From contig NZ_BPIM01000001.1 of assembly GCF_026004115.1 (NCBI RefSeq), positions 3,172,594 through 3,236,593 on the forward strand: DNA of 64,000 nt, read 5' to 3'. The position numbers were made by a program, and so were the translations under genes. This document shows, one piece after another, positions 1 to 11,049 of this stretch. Position 1 is the first letter of the stretch, and every line of letters starts with the position of its first letter. The notes under the pieces are model-generated. The model did not search any database. It worked only from the letters and a program-made list of their open reading frames with translations, and was not told the DNA's origin. This stretch comes from Meiothermus sp. (GTDB taxonomy: Bacteria; Deinococcota; Deinococci; Deinococcales; Thermaceae).

Positions 1-818
1 GCGTTGTCAGGCGGGTTACCGATAATGTGCAGCCCGGCCCGACGCACGTTACCGATTAACTTGTCGGCGTAGGCGTTGTTGTAGGAGTGCATGGCGGTGG
101 TGTGTGAGGCCGCCACCCGGCCCGACAGCCTCAGGCGCAGCGTCTCGGCGGCCATGGTCTCGAGGAAACGCGATTGGTCGTCATCGGTCTCGTCGCAGTG
201 GATGTCGACAGGCAAGCCGGTCTCGTGGGCCAGAGAGAGCGCGAATTTCACGCTCTGCACGCCGTACTCGCGGGTGATCTCGTAGTGGGGAATCCCCCCG
301 ATCACGTCGGCACCGGTCTCCACCGCTTTTCTGACTAGCTCATCACCCCCCTCGAAGGAGAACATCCCCAACTGCGGGAAGGCCACGATCTGGAGGTCGA
401 TGAGCCCGGCCACCTCGGCCTTGATCTCGAGCAGGGCCTTGAGCGCGGTGAGGCTGGGGTCGCACACGTCGACGTGAGTGCGGATGTGGGTGACGCCGTG
501 GGCCACGAACCACGGCAGCGCCTTGAGCACCCGCGCGCGCACGTCCTCGCGGCTGAGCCGCTTGACCCGCTCAGCCCAGATGGCGATGCCCTCCCACAGC
601 GAGCCCGAGCGGTTGGGCCGGGGGTCGCCCTCGGTGAGGATGGCGTCGAGGTGGATGTGGATCTCGTAGAAGCTGGGGCTCACCAGGTTGCCCTCCGCCG
701 AGATTTCCTCGCCCCCGAGCAACCTTGGTTCGATGGCAGCGATACACCCGCCCTCGAGGCCGATGTCCACCAGCCCTTCGCGTCCGGTGAGGCGTGCGTC
801 CTTGATAACCAGATCCAT
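1..818 (-). CDS. codA: Cytosine deaminase (CodA-type amidohydrolase); 3' end runs off the window
   Basis: Absent from the ORF track because it is open at the window edge. Hand translation from the ATG at 818-816 gives MDLVIKDARLTGREGLVDIGLEGG..SPSFYEIHIHLDAILTEG..QIVAFPQ..IPHYE..DIHCDETDDDQSRFLE..ASHTTAMHSYNNAY. These motifs match E. coli CodA. An AGGAG lies just upstream. Confidence 0.85.
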   Translation of the reverse strand, partial: MDLVIKDARLTGREGLVDIGLEGGCIAAIEPRLLGGEEISAEGNLVSPSFYEIHIHLDAILTEGDPRPNRSGSLWEGIAIWAERVKRLSREDVRARVLKALPWFVAHGVTHIRTHVDVCDPSLTALKALLEIKAEVAGLIDLQIVAFPQLGMFSFEGGDELVRKAVETGADVIGGIPHYEITREYGVQSVKFALSLAHETGLPVDIHCDETDDDQSRFLETMAAETLRLRLSGRVAASHTTAMHSYNNAYADKLIGNVRRAGLHIIGNPPDN

Positions 819-827
819 ATATTTTCC

Positions 828-1661
828 CTACTCCTGCACCTCGTATCCGTGCCCCTTGCGCAGGGCCTCGCGCACCTGTGTGGCGATCTCGAAGAAGCGG
901 GTGGTCTCGCGGGTCTCGAAGCTGCGCGGCTGGGGGAGGTCCACGGGGATGACGGTCTCGATCTTGCCGGGGCGCGGGGTCATGACCACGATGCGCGTGG
1001 AGAGGAACACCGCCTCGGGGATGGAGTGGGTGACGAAGATGACGGTCTTGCCGGTCTCGCGCCACAGCCGTAAGAGCTCGAGGTTGAGGTTCTCCCGCGT
1101 GATCTCGTCGAGCGCGCCAAAGGGCTCGTCCATGAACAGGAGTTGTGGATCGAAGGCCAAGGCCCGGGCGATGGAGACGCGCTGCTGCATCCCCCCCGAG
1201 AGTTGCCAGGGGTAGTGCCTGGTAAACTTTTTCAGTCCCACCAGCGCCAGCATCCGCTCGGCTCTGGCTTTGCGCTCCCCAGCCGGAAAGTTCATCACCT
1301 CAAGGGGCAGCATGACGTTAGAAAGCACCGTGCGCCACTCCATCAGGGTGGGTGCCTGAAAAACATAGCCGTAGGCCCGGCTCTTGCGCGCCTCCTCCGG
1401 GTTTTTCCCACCGATTAGGATAGTTCCCGAGGTGGGCTTGATGAGGTCGGCCAGCAGGCGCAGCAGGGTGGTCTTGCCACAGCCCGAGGGTCCAATCAGG
1501 CTGATGAACTCACCCTGGGCGATCTCGAGGTTAGCGTCTTTAAGAGCGACCGTGCCGGTCTGAAAGATCATCGAGACCTGTTGTACCGACACAATAGGAC
1601 TGACCTCAGGGTTGGTGCCGGACAGATGGATGTTCGGGGTGTTGGATGGCATCATGGTCAT
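828..1661 (-). CDS. ABC transporter ATP-binding protein (NitT/TauT-like family)
   Basis: 277 aa ORF with Walker A GPSGCGKTT, signature LSGGMQQR and Walker B LLFMDEPFGALD. Confidence 0.85.
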   Translation of the reverse strand: MTMMPSNTPNIHLSGTNPEVSPIVSVQQVSMIFQTGTVALKDANLEIAQGEFISLIGPSGCGKTTLLRLLADLIKPTSGTILIGGKNPEEARKSRAYGYVFQAPTLMEWRTVLSNVMLPLEVMNFPAGERKARAERMLALVGLKKFTRHYPWQLSGGMQQRVSIARALAFDPQLLFMDEPFGALDEITRENLNLELLRLWRETGKTVIFVTHSIPEAVFLSTRIVVMTPRPGKIETVIPVDLPQPRSFETRETTRFFEIATQVREALRKGHGYEVQE

Positions 1662-1663
1662 CT

Positions 1664-2308
1664 CTATTGGTGTTTGTGGCCCGTCAGCGCGGCGGTTACG
1701 CCGAGTCCGATGTAGATACCTCCGGTTACCAGCCGCTGCCCCAGGGCAAAGCGAGGCTCTATGCTTTTGCGGCGAAGCCAGCCCCCCAGCGTGCTGGACA
1801 AGAGCGCATAGCCCCCATCGCTGAAGGTGGCCAGGGTAATAAAAACCAGGCCCAGTAGCAAGAATTGCAGCGAGACCGCCCCCCTGGCTGGATCCACAAA
1901 CTGTGGCAAAAAGGCAAAGAAGAAAAGGGCAGTTTTAGGGTTGAGGGCGTTCACCACGAAGCCCTGCAGAAAAATGCGCCGCAGGGGCTGGCGATCCAGA
2001 GCACCGAGTTCGATAGGCTCCCTGGAAAGCCAGGTCCGCAGGCCCAGGTAAGCCAGATAGGCCGCGCCTGCATACTTAACCACGTTATAAGCCAGTGCGC
2101 TGGAAAGCAAAATGGCCGAAAGACCCAGCGTGGCCATCAGCACGTGCACCATGCCGCCGCACTGGATACCCAGCACGCTGGCCACCCCCGCCGCGCGGCC
2201 CTGCGAGGCGCTGCGGGTGACGATGTATAGCACCGCAGGCCCAGGAATCAGAAGCAGCGCCAGGCTGGCCAGGGCAAACACCAGCAGTTGATCGGGGGGT
2301 ATCAGCAT
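1664..2308 (-). CDS. LysE/RhtB family amino-acid exporter
   Basis: 214 aa, multi-TM. The N-terminus LLIPGPAVLYIVTRS..GRAAG is typical of the LysE family. Confidence 0.8.
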   Translation of the reverse strand: MLIPPDQLLVFALASLALLLIPGPAVLYIVTRSASQGRAAGVASVLGIQCGGMVHVLMATLGLSAILLSSALAYNVVKYAGAAYLAYLGLRTWLSREPIELGALDRQPLRRIFLQGFVVNALNPKTALFFFAFLPQFVDPARGAVSLQFLLLGLVFITLATFSDGGYALLSSTLGGWLRRKSIEPRFALGQRLVTGGIYIGLGVTAALTGHKHQ

Positions 2309-2364
2309 TCAGACCTCTTCTCAGATGGGGATTCTACTGTACCACGCATAAATATACAATCTAC

Positions 2365-2517
2365 TCACCACCGCTTAGGACCACGTCGTGCGATCACGAT
2401 TATCAGACCGCCGACCACCACAAACAGCGCCCAGGCGGAGCTACCCCCCAGCACCAGAAGCACCCCAATCGAAAGGCATATTCCCCCCAGGAAGTTGAGC
2501 ACCTGCTTCGGTTTCAT
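2365..2517 (-). CDS. Small hydrophobic membrane protein (50 aa), hypothetical
   Basis: Hand-translated as MKPKQVLNFLGGICLSIGVLLVLGGSSAWALFVVVGGLIIVIARRGPKRW. Its ATG overlaps the dihydropyrimidinase stop (TGATG). It is too short to appear in the ORF track. Confidence 0.35.
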   Translation of the reverse strand: MKPKQVLNFLGGICLSIGVLLVLGGSSAWALFVVVGGLIIVIARRGPKRW

Positions 2518-3896
2518 CAAAAGTACATGGGCTCGCGTCGCAGGAGCTTGCCCCTTCCCTTCTCCCCTACAAACTGCCCCTCGCGCACCGCGACCTTGCC
2601 CCGCACCGTGACCACACTGGGCCTGCCGTCTATCTCGAAGCCTTCAAAGCCGTTGTAATCGTTGTTCACGCTCTGGGTGGCAACCGAAATTTTGCCCCGG
2701 TATTGGGGGTCATAAACGACCAGGTCGGCGTCGGACCCAACTGCAATGGTGCCCTTTCGCGGGAACAAACCAAAGAGCTTAGCCGCCCTGGTGCTGGCCG
2801 CGTCCACAAAGCGGTGGATATCGAGGTGGCCCCGGCTCACCCCATAGGTGTAGAGCAGGTTCACCCGGTCTTCGATGGCCGGGATGCCATTGGGAATCGA
2901 AGTAAAAGCATCCTTGCCGAGCAGCTTCTGTGAAGTGTCGAAGGGGCAGTGGTCGGTGCCTACAGTATCGATAAAACCCTGAGCCAGCGCGTCCCACAGG
3001 GCTTTTTGGTTGCGCTTTTCGCGCAGGGGGGGCGACATGATGTACTTCATGGCCTCTACCCCACCCCGCTCGGCGTAGGTCTTGTCGAGCAGGAAATGCG
3101 GGATCACCGACTCGATGTAAATGGGTACGCCCCGCGATTTGGCCGCCATCGCTGCATCCAGCGCCCCTTTGCAGGAGAGGTGCACCACATATCCGGTAGC
3201 CCCGGTGTTCTCGAGGAAGGTCGCGAAGCGGTTAGTACCCTCGGCCTCGACCGACTCAGGGCGGCTGGGCTCGTGCCACTCGGGGCCGGTCTTGCCTTCG
3301 GACAGGAGTTTTTGTTGCAACTGGCCCACCAGCTCGGCATTTTCGCAGTGGGCGGTCACGATTACGCCCAGCTCTTTGGCCAGCCGCAAGATCTGGTACA
3401 TCTCCCCGTCTTCCACACCAAAGAAGTTCTTATAGCTCAGGAAAATCTTGAAGCTGCTGATGCCGTCAGCCACAATCTCGCGGAGCTGGGCCTCGGTCTT
3501 GGGGTCAAACTTCGTGACCGCCATGTGGAAGGTGTAGTCACAATAGCTGTTCCCCTCGGCCTTGCTCTTCCAGAGGTGATAGCCTTCCAGGGCATCGTCG
3601 TTGCGGCTTGGGCAGCACATCTCAATGTAGGTGGTGGTGCCCCCCATCAGGGCCGCCCTGGAGCCCGTTTCGTGGGTGTCCTTGGCGAAAGTGGCCATAA
3701 AGGGCAGATAGATGTGAACGTGCGGGTCTATGAAGCCCGGAAACACATACTTGCCCGAGGCGTCAATCACCTCCGAACCGGGCGGGGCTTCCAGGTTCTG
3801 CCCAATACGCGTGATGGTCTCGCTTTCAGCGTAAATATCGGCTTTGTAGCGGCTGTCTGCGGTGATGATTTCGCCGTTTTTGATGAGCAGTCCCAT
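2517..3896 (-). CDS. Dihydropyrimidinase / D-hydantoinase
   Basis: 459 aa cyclic amidohydrolase with motifs PGFIDPHVHIYLPF and GTDHCPF. Confidence 0.9.
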   Translation of the reverse strand: MGLLIKNGEIITADSRYKADIYAESETITRIGQNLEAPPGSEVIDASGKYVFPGFIDPHVHIYLPFMATFAKDTHETGSRAALMGGTTTYIEMCCPSRNDDALEGYHLWKSKAEGNSYCDYTFHMAVTKFDPKTEAQLREIVADGISSFKIFLSYKNFFGVEDGEMYQILRLAKELGVIVTAHCENAELVGQLQQKLLSEGKTGPEWHEPSRPESVEAEGTNRFATFLENTGATGYVVHLSCKGALDAAMAAKSRGVPIYIESVIPHFLLDKTYAERGGVEAMKYIMSPPLREKRNQKALWDALAQGFIDTVGTDHCPFDTSQKLLGKDAFTSIPNGIPAIEDRVNLLYTYGVSRGHLDIHRFVDAASTRAAKLFGLFPRKGTIAVGSDADLVVYDPQYRGKISVATQSVNNDYNGFEGFEIDGRPSVVTVRGKVAVREGQFVGEKGRGKLLRREPMYF

Positions 3897-3897
3897 A

Positions 3898-4302
3898 TCA
3901 ACCCCCTTTTGTGAGTCGGTACTCTAATCCCGGTAGTTCGTTTTCCATTGGGCGTGCACAACTCTCGTTTTCGCTCTGATCACTTCCATATGGATCAGCG
4001 ATTTCCCATACAACGAGCTTATCTTGCGAGATACTATTTTTTAAGCATTTAGCTACGTGCTTATCCAAAGCCACTAAGTAGTCAAAAGATGTCAGATCCA
4101 CTGAGTCGAGGCCTCGAGGTTGGTGGCCACTGGCATCAATCCCAAACAAGTCCGCCAGAGTGCAAACGGCGTTGTGGGTGCCTGCCCAATAGCCAGGCTT
4201 CAACCCAGCCGACTCAAAGTGGGCATCCTTTATATTTTGCCTGGCAATGTATTCAGCCATCATGCTACGGCAGGTATTACCTTAACAAGCAAACAGAACC
4301 GT
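3898..4302 (-). pseudogene. Low-molecular-weight phosphotyrosine phosphatase (LMW-PTP/ArsC-like) relic with an in-frame TAA inside the P-loop
   Basis: The 121 aa ORF (MMAEYIARQ..DPYG) is an LMW-PTP lacking its N-terminus. The same frame upstream reads TVLFAC*GNTCRS-MMAE, which is the C-X5-R loop interrupted by TAA at 4282-4284. No canonical start codon is in frame upstream. The region is AT-richer than its flanks. Confidence 0.75.
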
Positions 4303-4386
4303 GGGCTCTTGTGTAAGCCGTCCACCTGCTCCCAGATATAGAAAGCGCTGTAAAGGGAGAAGGGGATCCGCATCTGTAGGTATCTC

Positions 4387-5772
4387 TCAGTGAATCTCAA
4401 TCCCCACCTCTTCCCGGTACCGCTTCATGGCTTCCCAGTCCTCGGTCACCTCGGGGCGCTTCTCGCTGAGTTCACGCCAGGTGACGCTTGGACGGCCCGA
4501 GGGCACCTCTACCATCTCGATACAACCCTCCACCGGACAGACGTTGTGGCACAGGCGGCAACCCACGCAGTCTTCTTCGCGTACCACCGGCTGGGGGCGG
4601 GTGCTCACCGCTTCGTGCTTGCCGTTGCTCCACACGTCGTAGCGGTAAGGTGGCACCACCTGGCCACTCGCGTCTACCAGATCAATGCACTGATGGGCGG
4701 TGTCGTTGCAGGCCACGTAGCAAAGATTGCACTGGATGCACTTGTCAGGATTGATGCGGGCCACGGCGCGGAAGGAGAGGTCGAAGTCGTTGAAGTCGGA
4801 GATGTGGTGCAGGCTCTTGCCCACCACGTCATTTATGGTCTTGAAGCCCTTGGCGTCCATCCAGGCATTCAGGCCGTCCGTAAGGTCTTCGATGATGCGG
4901 AAGCCATAGTGCATCACGGCGGTGCAGACCTGCAGGCTGGTCGCACCCAGCAACAAAAACTCGGCGGCGTCCCTCCAGGTCGAGATGCCCCCCATACCCG
5001 AGATGGGCACCCCCGCCTTTCGCACCACCTCGTCCACCCCCAAAGAGGAAAGCATGTTCAGGGCAATGGGCTTGACCGCCGGGCCGGCATAGCCGCCGTG
5101 GCCACCTTTGCCGCCAATATTAGGGGTGATTTGGAAGGTATCCAGATCCACCCCTACGATGGAGTTGATGGTATTGATGAGCGAAAGCCCGTTGGCCCCC
5201 GCCGCCAAAGCAGCCCGCGCCGGCGGCACCACCGAGGCCACATTGGGGGTCAGTTTCACAATGACCGGAATTTTGGCCACCTCGGTGACCCAGGAGGTAA
5301 TCATCTGACAATACGAAGGTACCTGACCGACCGCACTGCCCATCCCCCGCTCGCTCATGCCGTGGGGGCAGCCGTAATTAAGCTCGATGCCGTCAGCTCC
5401 GGTATCTTCGATGCGCATCACGATATCGCGCCAGACTTCAGGCTTGGACTCAACCATGGCGGAGACAATGACCGCACGGTCGGGCCAGTTGCGCTTCACA
5501 TCCCGGATCTCCTTCAAGTTGACCTCGAGCGGCCGGTCGGAAATCAGCTCCACGTTGTTGATGGCCAGCATCTTCTGGCTCCCGTAGTGCCAGGCTCCAT
5601 AGCGGTTCGAGACGTTCAGTACCGGCGCCCCGATGGTCTTCCAGACAGCTCCGCCCCAGCCGTGCTCAAAGGCCCGGTGGATCTGTGCACCCGAGTTGGT
5701 GGGGGGCGCTGAGGCCAGCCAGAAGGGGTTGGGGGACTTGATACCGGCAAAGTTGATGCTAAGGTCGGCCAT
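4387..5772 (-). CDS. preA: NAD-dependent dihydropyrimidine dehydrogenase subunit PreA (DHOD-like TIM barrel plus 2x[4Fe-4S] domain)
   Basis: 461 aa with GADGIELNYGCPHGM, plus C-terminal CIQCNLCYVACND and CVGCRLCHNVCP ferredoxin motifs. Confidence 0.9.
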   Translation of the reverse strand: MADLSINFAGIKSPNPFWLASAPPTNSGAQIHRAFEHGWGGAVWKTIGAPVLNVSNRYGAWHYGSQKMLAINNVELISDRPLEVNLKEIRDVKRNWPDRAVIVSAMVESKPEVWRDIVMRIEDTGADGIELNYGCPHGMSERGMGSAVGQVPSYCQMITSWVTEVAKIPVIVKLTPNVASVVPPARAALAAGANGLSLINTINSIVGVDLDTFQITPNIGGKGGHGGYAGPAVKPIALNMLSSLGVDEVVRKAGVPISGMGGISTWRDAAEFLLLGATSLQVCTAVMHYGFRIIEDLTDGLNAWMDAKGFKTINDVVGKSLHHISDFNDFDLSFRAVARINPDKCIQCNLCYVACNDTAHQCIDLVDASGQVVPPYRYDVWSNGKHEAVSTRPQPVVREEDCVGCRLCHNVCPVEGCIEMVEVPSGRPSVTWRELSEKRPEVTEDWEAMKRYREEVGIEIH

Positions 5773-5836
5773 TAACTGCTCCTTTCATTGGGGTTGAAAG
5801 CGAAAACTCACCTTACAAAAAGGCCTCTTTGTCCAA

Positions 5837-7168
5837 TCAATCATCGGCGGCTGCGCCCATCCCGGCCATCAGGTTGCGGTGAATCGCAAACGCCGCCAGT
5901 TTGCCGTCCTGCACTGCCATCACGGTAGAGGCCGAGCCCTTGGCCCGGATGCAGTCGCCACCGGCGTAAACGCCGGGCAGGCTGGTCTCGTAATCCTGGT
6001 TGACCTTGATGAAGCCCTTGTCGGTCTCGAGGCCCAGCAGCCCAGCCACCACTGGTTTCTCCTGTCCAATGGCCTTCACCACCTGATCGCAGGGCAACAC
6101 GAACTCCGACCCAGGCACGGGCTCGGGGGCGGGCCGGCCCGAGGCGTCGGGGGCCCCCAGGGCCATCCGCACGCACTTCAAGCCCACCACCTGGCCGTTT
6201 TCCACCAGCACCTCCACGGGCTGGGTCAGGAAGCGGAACTCCACCCCTTCGTTTTTCACAAAGCTGTACTCGAAGTCGTAGGCCGTCATCTCACGCTCGG
6301 TACGGCGGTAGACCATCGTGACCCGCTCGGCCCCCAGGCGCTTGGCAATGGTGGCGCAGTCCACGGCGGTATTACCCGCCCCAATCACCACCACCTGATG
6401 CCCTACCTTGAGGCTTTCGGGATTCATCTTGGAGGTCTCGATATACTGCAGGCCGTCCAGGATGTACTCCTCTCCGGGAATTCCCATCCTGGGCACGGCC
6501 CCCAGGCCCACGCTCAGGAACACCGCATCAAAGCCCCGCTTTACCTCATCCCAGGAAAGGTTTCGGCCCAGCTCCATCTGAGTCTTGATCTCCACGCCCA
6601 GCCGCCGCACCATATCGGCCTCGGCCTGGGCCACCTCTACCGGCTCACGCAGTACGATGATGCCGTAGGTTGAGAGCCCGTTGGGAAGTTCGCGCTTCTC
6701 AAAAACCGTGACGCTGTGTCCCAGCTTGGCCAGCTCGCCGGCGCAGGTCAGGCCCGCGGGCCCCGCCCCGATCACCGCGACCTTCTTGCCTGTGGGGGGG
6801 CCTGGCTTGAACACGTCAATCCCGCGCTCATACACGAAATCGGTTGCGTAGCGCTGCAAGCGCCCAATGGCGATGGGTTTGTGCTCGGCCCCGAGCACAC
6901 AGGCCCCCTCACACAACTCCTGCACGGGGCAGACCCGCGCGCAGGTGGCCCCCATCAGGTTGGACTCCAGAATTGTGCGGGCCGAACCCACCACGTTCCC
7001 GGTCGCAATTTTTTTGATGAACTTGGGAATGTCAATGTGGGTGGGACAGGCATGGGTGCAGGGCGCGTCGTAGCAGTAGAGGCAGCGGTTGGCTTCAACC
7101 AGCGCCTCGTGGTCGGTCAGGGGCGGGTAGTATTCAGATAGCACTTCCTCTGGCTTGATGATCTGCAC
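5837..7168 (-). CDS. preT: Dihydropyrimidine dehydrogenase subunit PreT (GltD-like NAD(P)H oxidoreductase)
   Basis: The ORF track gives 5837..7261. I prefer the GTG at 7168, which is preceded by AAAGGAGGA. The product has Fe-S Cys motifs and the VAVIGAGPAGL dinucleotide fold. Confidence 0.85.
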   Translation of the reverse strand: MQIIKPEEVLSEYYPPLTDHEALVEANRCLYCYDAPCTHACPTHIDIPKFIKKIATGNVVGSARTILESNLMGATCARVCPVQELCEGACVLGAEHKPIAIGRLQRYATDFVYERGIDVFKPGPPTGKKVAVIGAGPAGLTCAGELAKLGHSVTVFEKRELPNGLSTYGIIVLREPVEVAQAEADMVRRLGVEIKTQMELGRNLSWDEVKRGFDAVFLSVGLGAVPRMGIPGEEYILDGLQYIETSKMNPESLKVGHQVVVIGAGNTAVDCATIAKRLGAERVTMVYRRTEREMTAYDFEYSFVKNEGVEFRFLTQPVEVLVENGQVVGLKCVRMALGAPDASGRPAPEPVPGSEFVLPCDQVVKAIGQEKPVVAGLLGLETDKGFIKVNQDYETSLPGVYAGGDCIRAKGSASTVMAVQDGKLAAFAIHRNLMAGMGAAADD

Positions 7169-7287
7169 GCTTCCTCCTTTATTTGGACTGGTGTCTTCTC
7201 TCCACACAAAAGAACAAAAACCCTCTCGGTGATTGATCACTAAGACGGTTCGTGCCCTCACGGGAGCCGATTTAACCCAGCAGATTT

Positions 7288-7320
7288 GTTCTAACAGGAA
7301 TATACGAGCCAGGTTAGAAC
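7288..7320. promoter_or_regulatory. Perfect inverted repeat GTTCTAAC-N17-GTTAGAAC upstream of preT (candidate operator)
   Basis: The arms at 7288-7295 and 7313-7320 are exact reverse complements. The site lies about 120 bp upstream of the preT start. Confidence 0.3.
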
Positions 7321-7484
7321 GTTGTCAAGCACACTTTCTCCTGCTTAGGTGGCCCGGCTAAATGCAATACCGTGAATGTATTTCTAAATAAGCCTTGCTC
7401 GAGGTTTACAGATAGTGTAAATAGTTAAACAAACCCACCCCATTATGTCTTGACTTAACTATACATATGTTATATACATACTCC

Positions 7485-7607
7485 ATGGCACTGAAACGAA
7501 CCACGCCCAATAAAAAAGATGTCAGCGACTTGCTGATGGATATTGTTACCGGCGCAATTGCGGCCCTGTTGCTGGTGGTTTTTGCCCTGATGGTGCCCAC
7601 CATCTAA
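7485..7607 (+). CDS. Hypothetical 40 aa membrane peptide, possibly leaderless
   Basis: Sequence MALKRTTPNKKDVSDLLMDIVTGAIAALLLVVFALMVPTI. TTGACT (7450-7455), a 17 nt spacer and TATACA (7473-7478) sit so that the ATG lies about 7 nt after the -10 element. Confidence 0.3.
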   Translation: MALKRTTPNKKDVSDLLMDIVTGAIAALLLVVFALMVPTI

Positions 7608-7733
7608 TACGAGATTCGGTTATTTCGCGCCATCCGGCGCCGAACTAACCCGACCGAAGGGAGTGCTCTAGGATTCAAAAAGATAGCCTCTGGTGGTCTT
7701 TGGTTTGGATGATTATCTTTTTGAATCCGGTAT
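7607..7733. repeat. MITE-like modular intergenic repeat, copy 1 (127 bp)
   Basis: The ends are ATACGAGATTC...GAATCCGGTAT. It contains the GTTAGTTCG/CGAACTAAC hairpin module and the GGATTCAAAAAG...CTTTTTGAATCC hairpin module shared with copies 2-5. Confidence 0.75.
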
Positions 7734-7815
7734 AAGCCCGCCAGCAAATGCCGCCTCGAAGGCAGATTGACTGTTTGGCCCCGCATCAAAGTTCATCATG
7801 CCGTAGAATTTTGAT

Positions 7816-8031
7816 GTGTATGAGACCTTGGAAGGCTCTGTTTTGCAAGCCCGAATCGCCAGCATTCATGGAGCGGTTTTCTACGATGTGGTGTTGCAAA
7901 CGGGCGACACCGTCCGTCGGTTGCGTTTTCAGGATACATTTTTGAACCCTGCCCCTGAGGCTGGCGAGTATTTACAAATTGAACTCATTTTGGGGAACGT
8001 GAGCAACGTGCAACGAATCCCGGCTCCATGA
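7816..8031 (+). CDS. Hypothetical protein (71 aa)
   Basis: An ORF in an otherwise AT-rich intergenic region, with no recognisable motif. Confidence 0.3.
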   Translation: MYETLEGSVLQARIASIHGAVFYDVVLQTGDTVRRLRFQDTFLNPAPEAGEYLQIELILGNVSNVQRIPAP

Positions 8032-8230
8032 CGGTCTGTCGGGATGGTCAAGCGTGGTTTACTTTCGAGAACCAGATAAATAAACCTTGAGTAAGATACA
8101 CTCAAGTAGCCTAAGTGTAAGATTTGACCCTATCCATGTCCCACCACCCTATAAAATCAAGTATATATATCGCTCCCATCCCGCCGAGAGAGCGACGAAC
8201 CCCAGGCGGAACTCAGGAGATAGATACCTT

Positions 8231-10615
<2,385 letters not shown>

Positions 10616-10645
10616 CCCCCCGGCCTCGAACAAATCAACCCCCAG

Positions 10646-10666
10646 GCCCCCACTACGGGGGGCTTT
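10646..10666 (+). terminator. Candidate intrinsic terminator after lon
   Basis: A GCCCCC-loop-GGGGGC hairpin followed by TTT, 30 nt after the lon stop. Confidence 0.45.
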
Positions 10667-10830
10667 CCCATTCAAGCTGCTTATCGCACCCTTCATAGAC
10701 GTTGCCGCCCGCGAAAACGAGAATGCGTCTGCGCCCAGAAGCATGTTTTCGAGTTTCCGGGTGGCAACTGTTCTGTCTGGGACAAAGGACTTCTAACCCT
10801 GGGAGGCTCGATCTTTGTGAAGAGCGCTCT

Positions 10831-11028
10831 ATACCGGATTCAAAAAGACAACCTCTGGGGTGTTGGGTTTTGTAAAGTGTCTATTTGAATCCTGGAGCAC
10901 ACCCCTCCCTATCGGTTGGTGAAGAAAACGTCTCCGTTTCCAAGGGGCGGTATCGCCCTCCGCTATGCGGATAACTTCGATCGGGTTGATTCGCTACCGT
11001 TCGGCAACAAATCAGCCCAACCTGGCAT
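10831..11028. repeat. MITE-like modular intergenic repeat, copy 2 (198 bp)
   Basis: It starts ATACCGGATTCAAAAAG. It has the hairpin module, the GAGCACACCCCTCCC module, the CCAAGGGGCGGTATCGCCCTCCGCTA.GCGGATAACTT module and a GATTCG...hairpin end. Confidence 0.7.
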
Positions 11029-11049
11029 AAAGATTTCTACCAGTCCCAA

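Noticed and set aside
4390-5712. Long antisense or alternative-frame ORFs opposite real genes. Examples are 4390..5712 (+), 2949..3914 (+), 16308..17048 (-), 35951..36769 (-), 57048..58499 (-) and 37465..38466 (+).
   Set aside because: These are typical high-GC shadow ORFs. They are Arg/Pro/Gly/Ala-rich and low in complexity, and each overlaps a gene with clear family motifs.
8087-8230. The N-terminal extension of lon in the ORF track (MSKIHSSSLSV...). Similar upstream extensions exist for nrdJ, preT, EF-G2, gatA, lysS, TetR and the cmr genes.
   Set aside because: In each case an internal start has a good Shine-Dalgarno and a conserved family N-terminus. The extensions run through AT-rich promoter-like DNA or the preceding gene.
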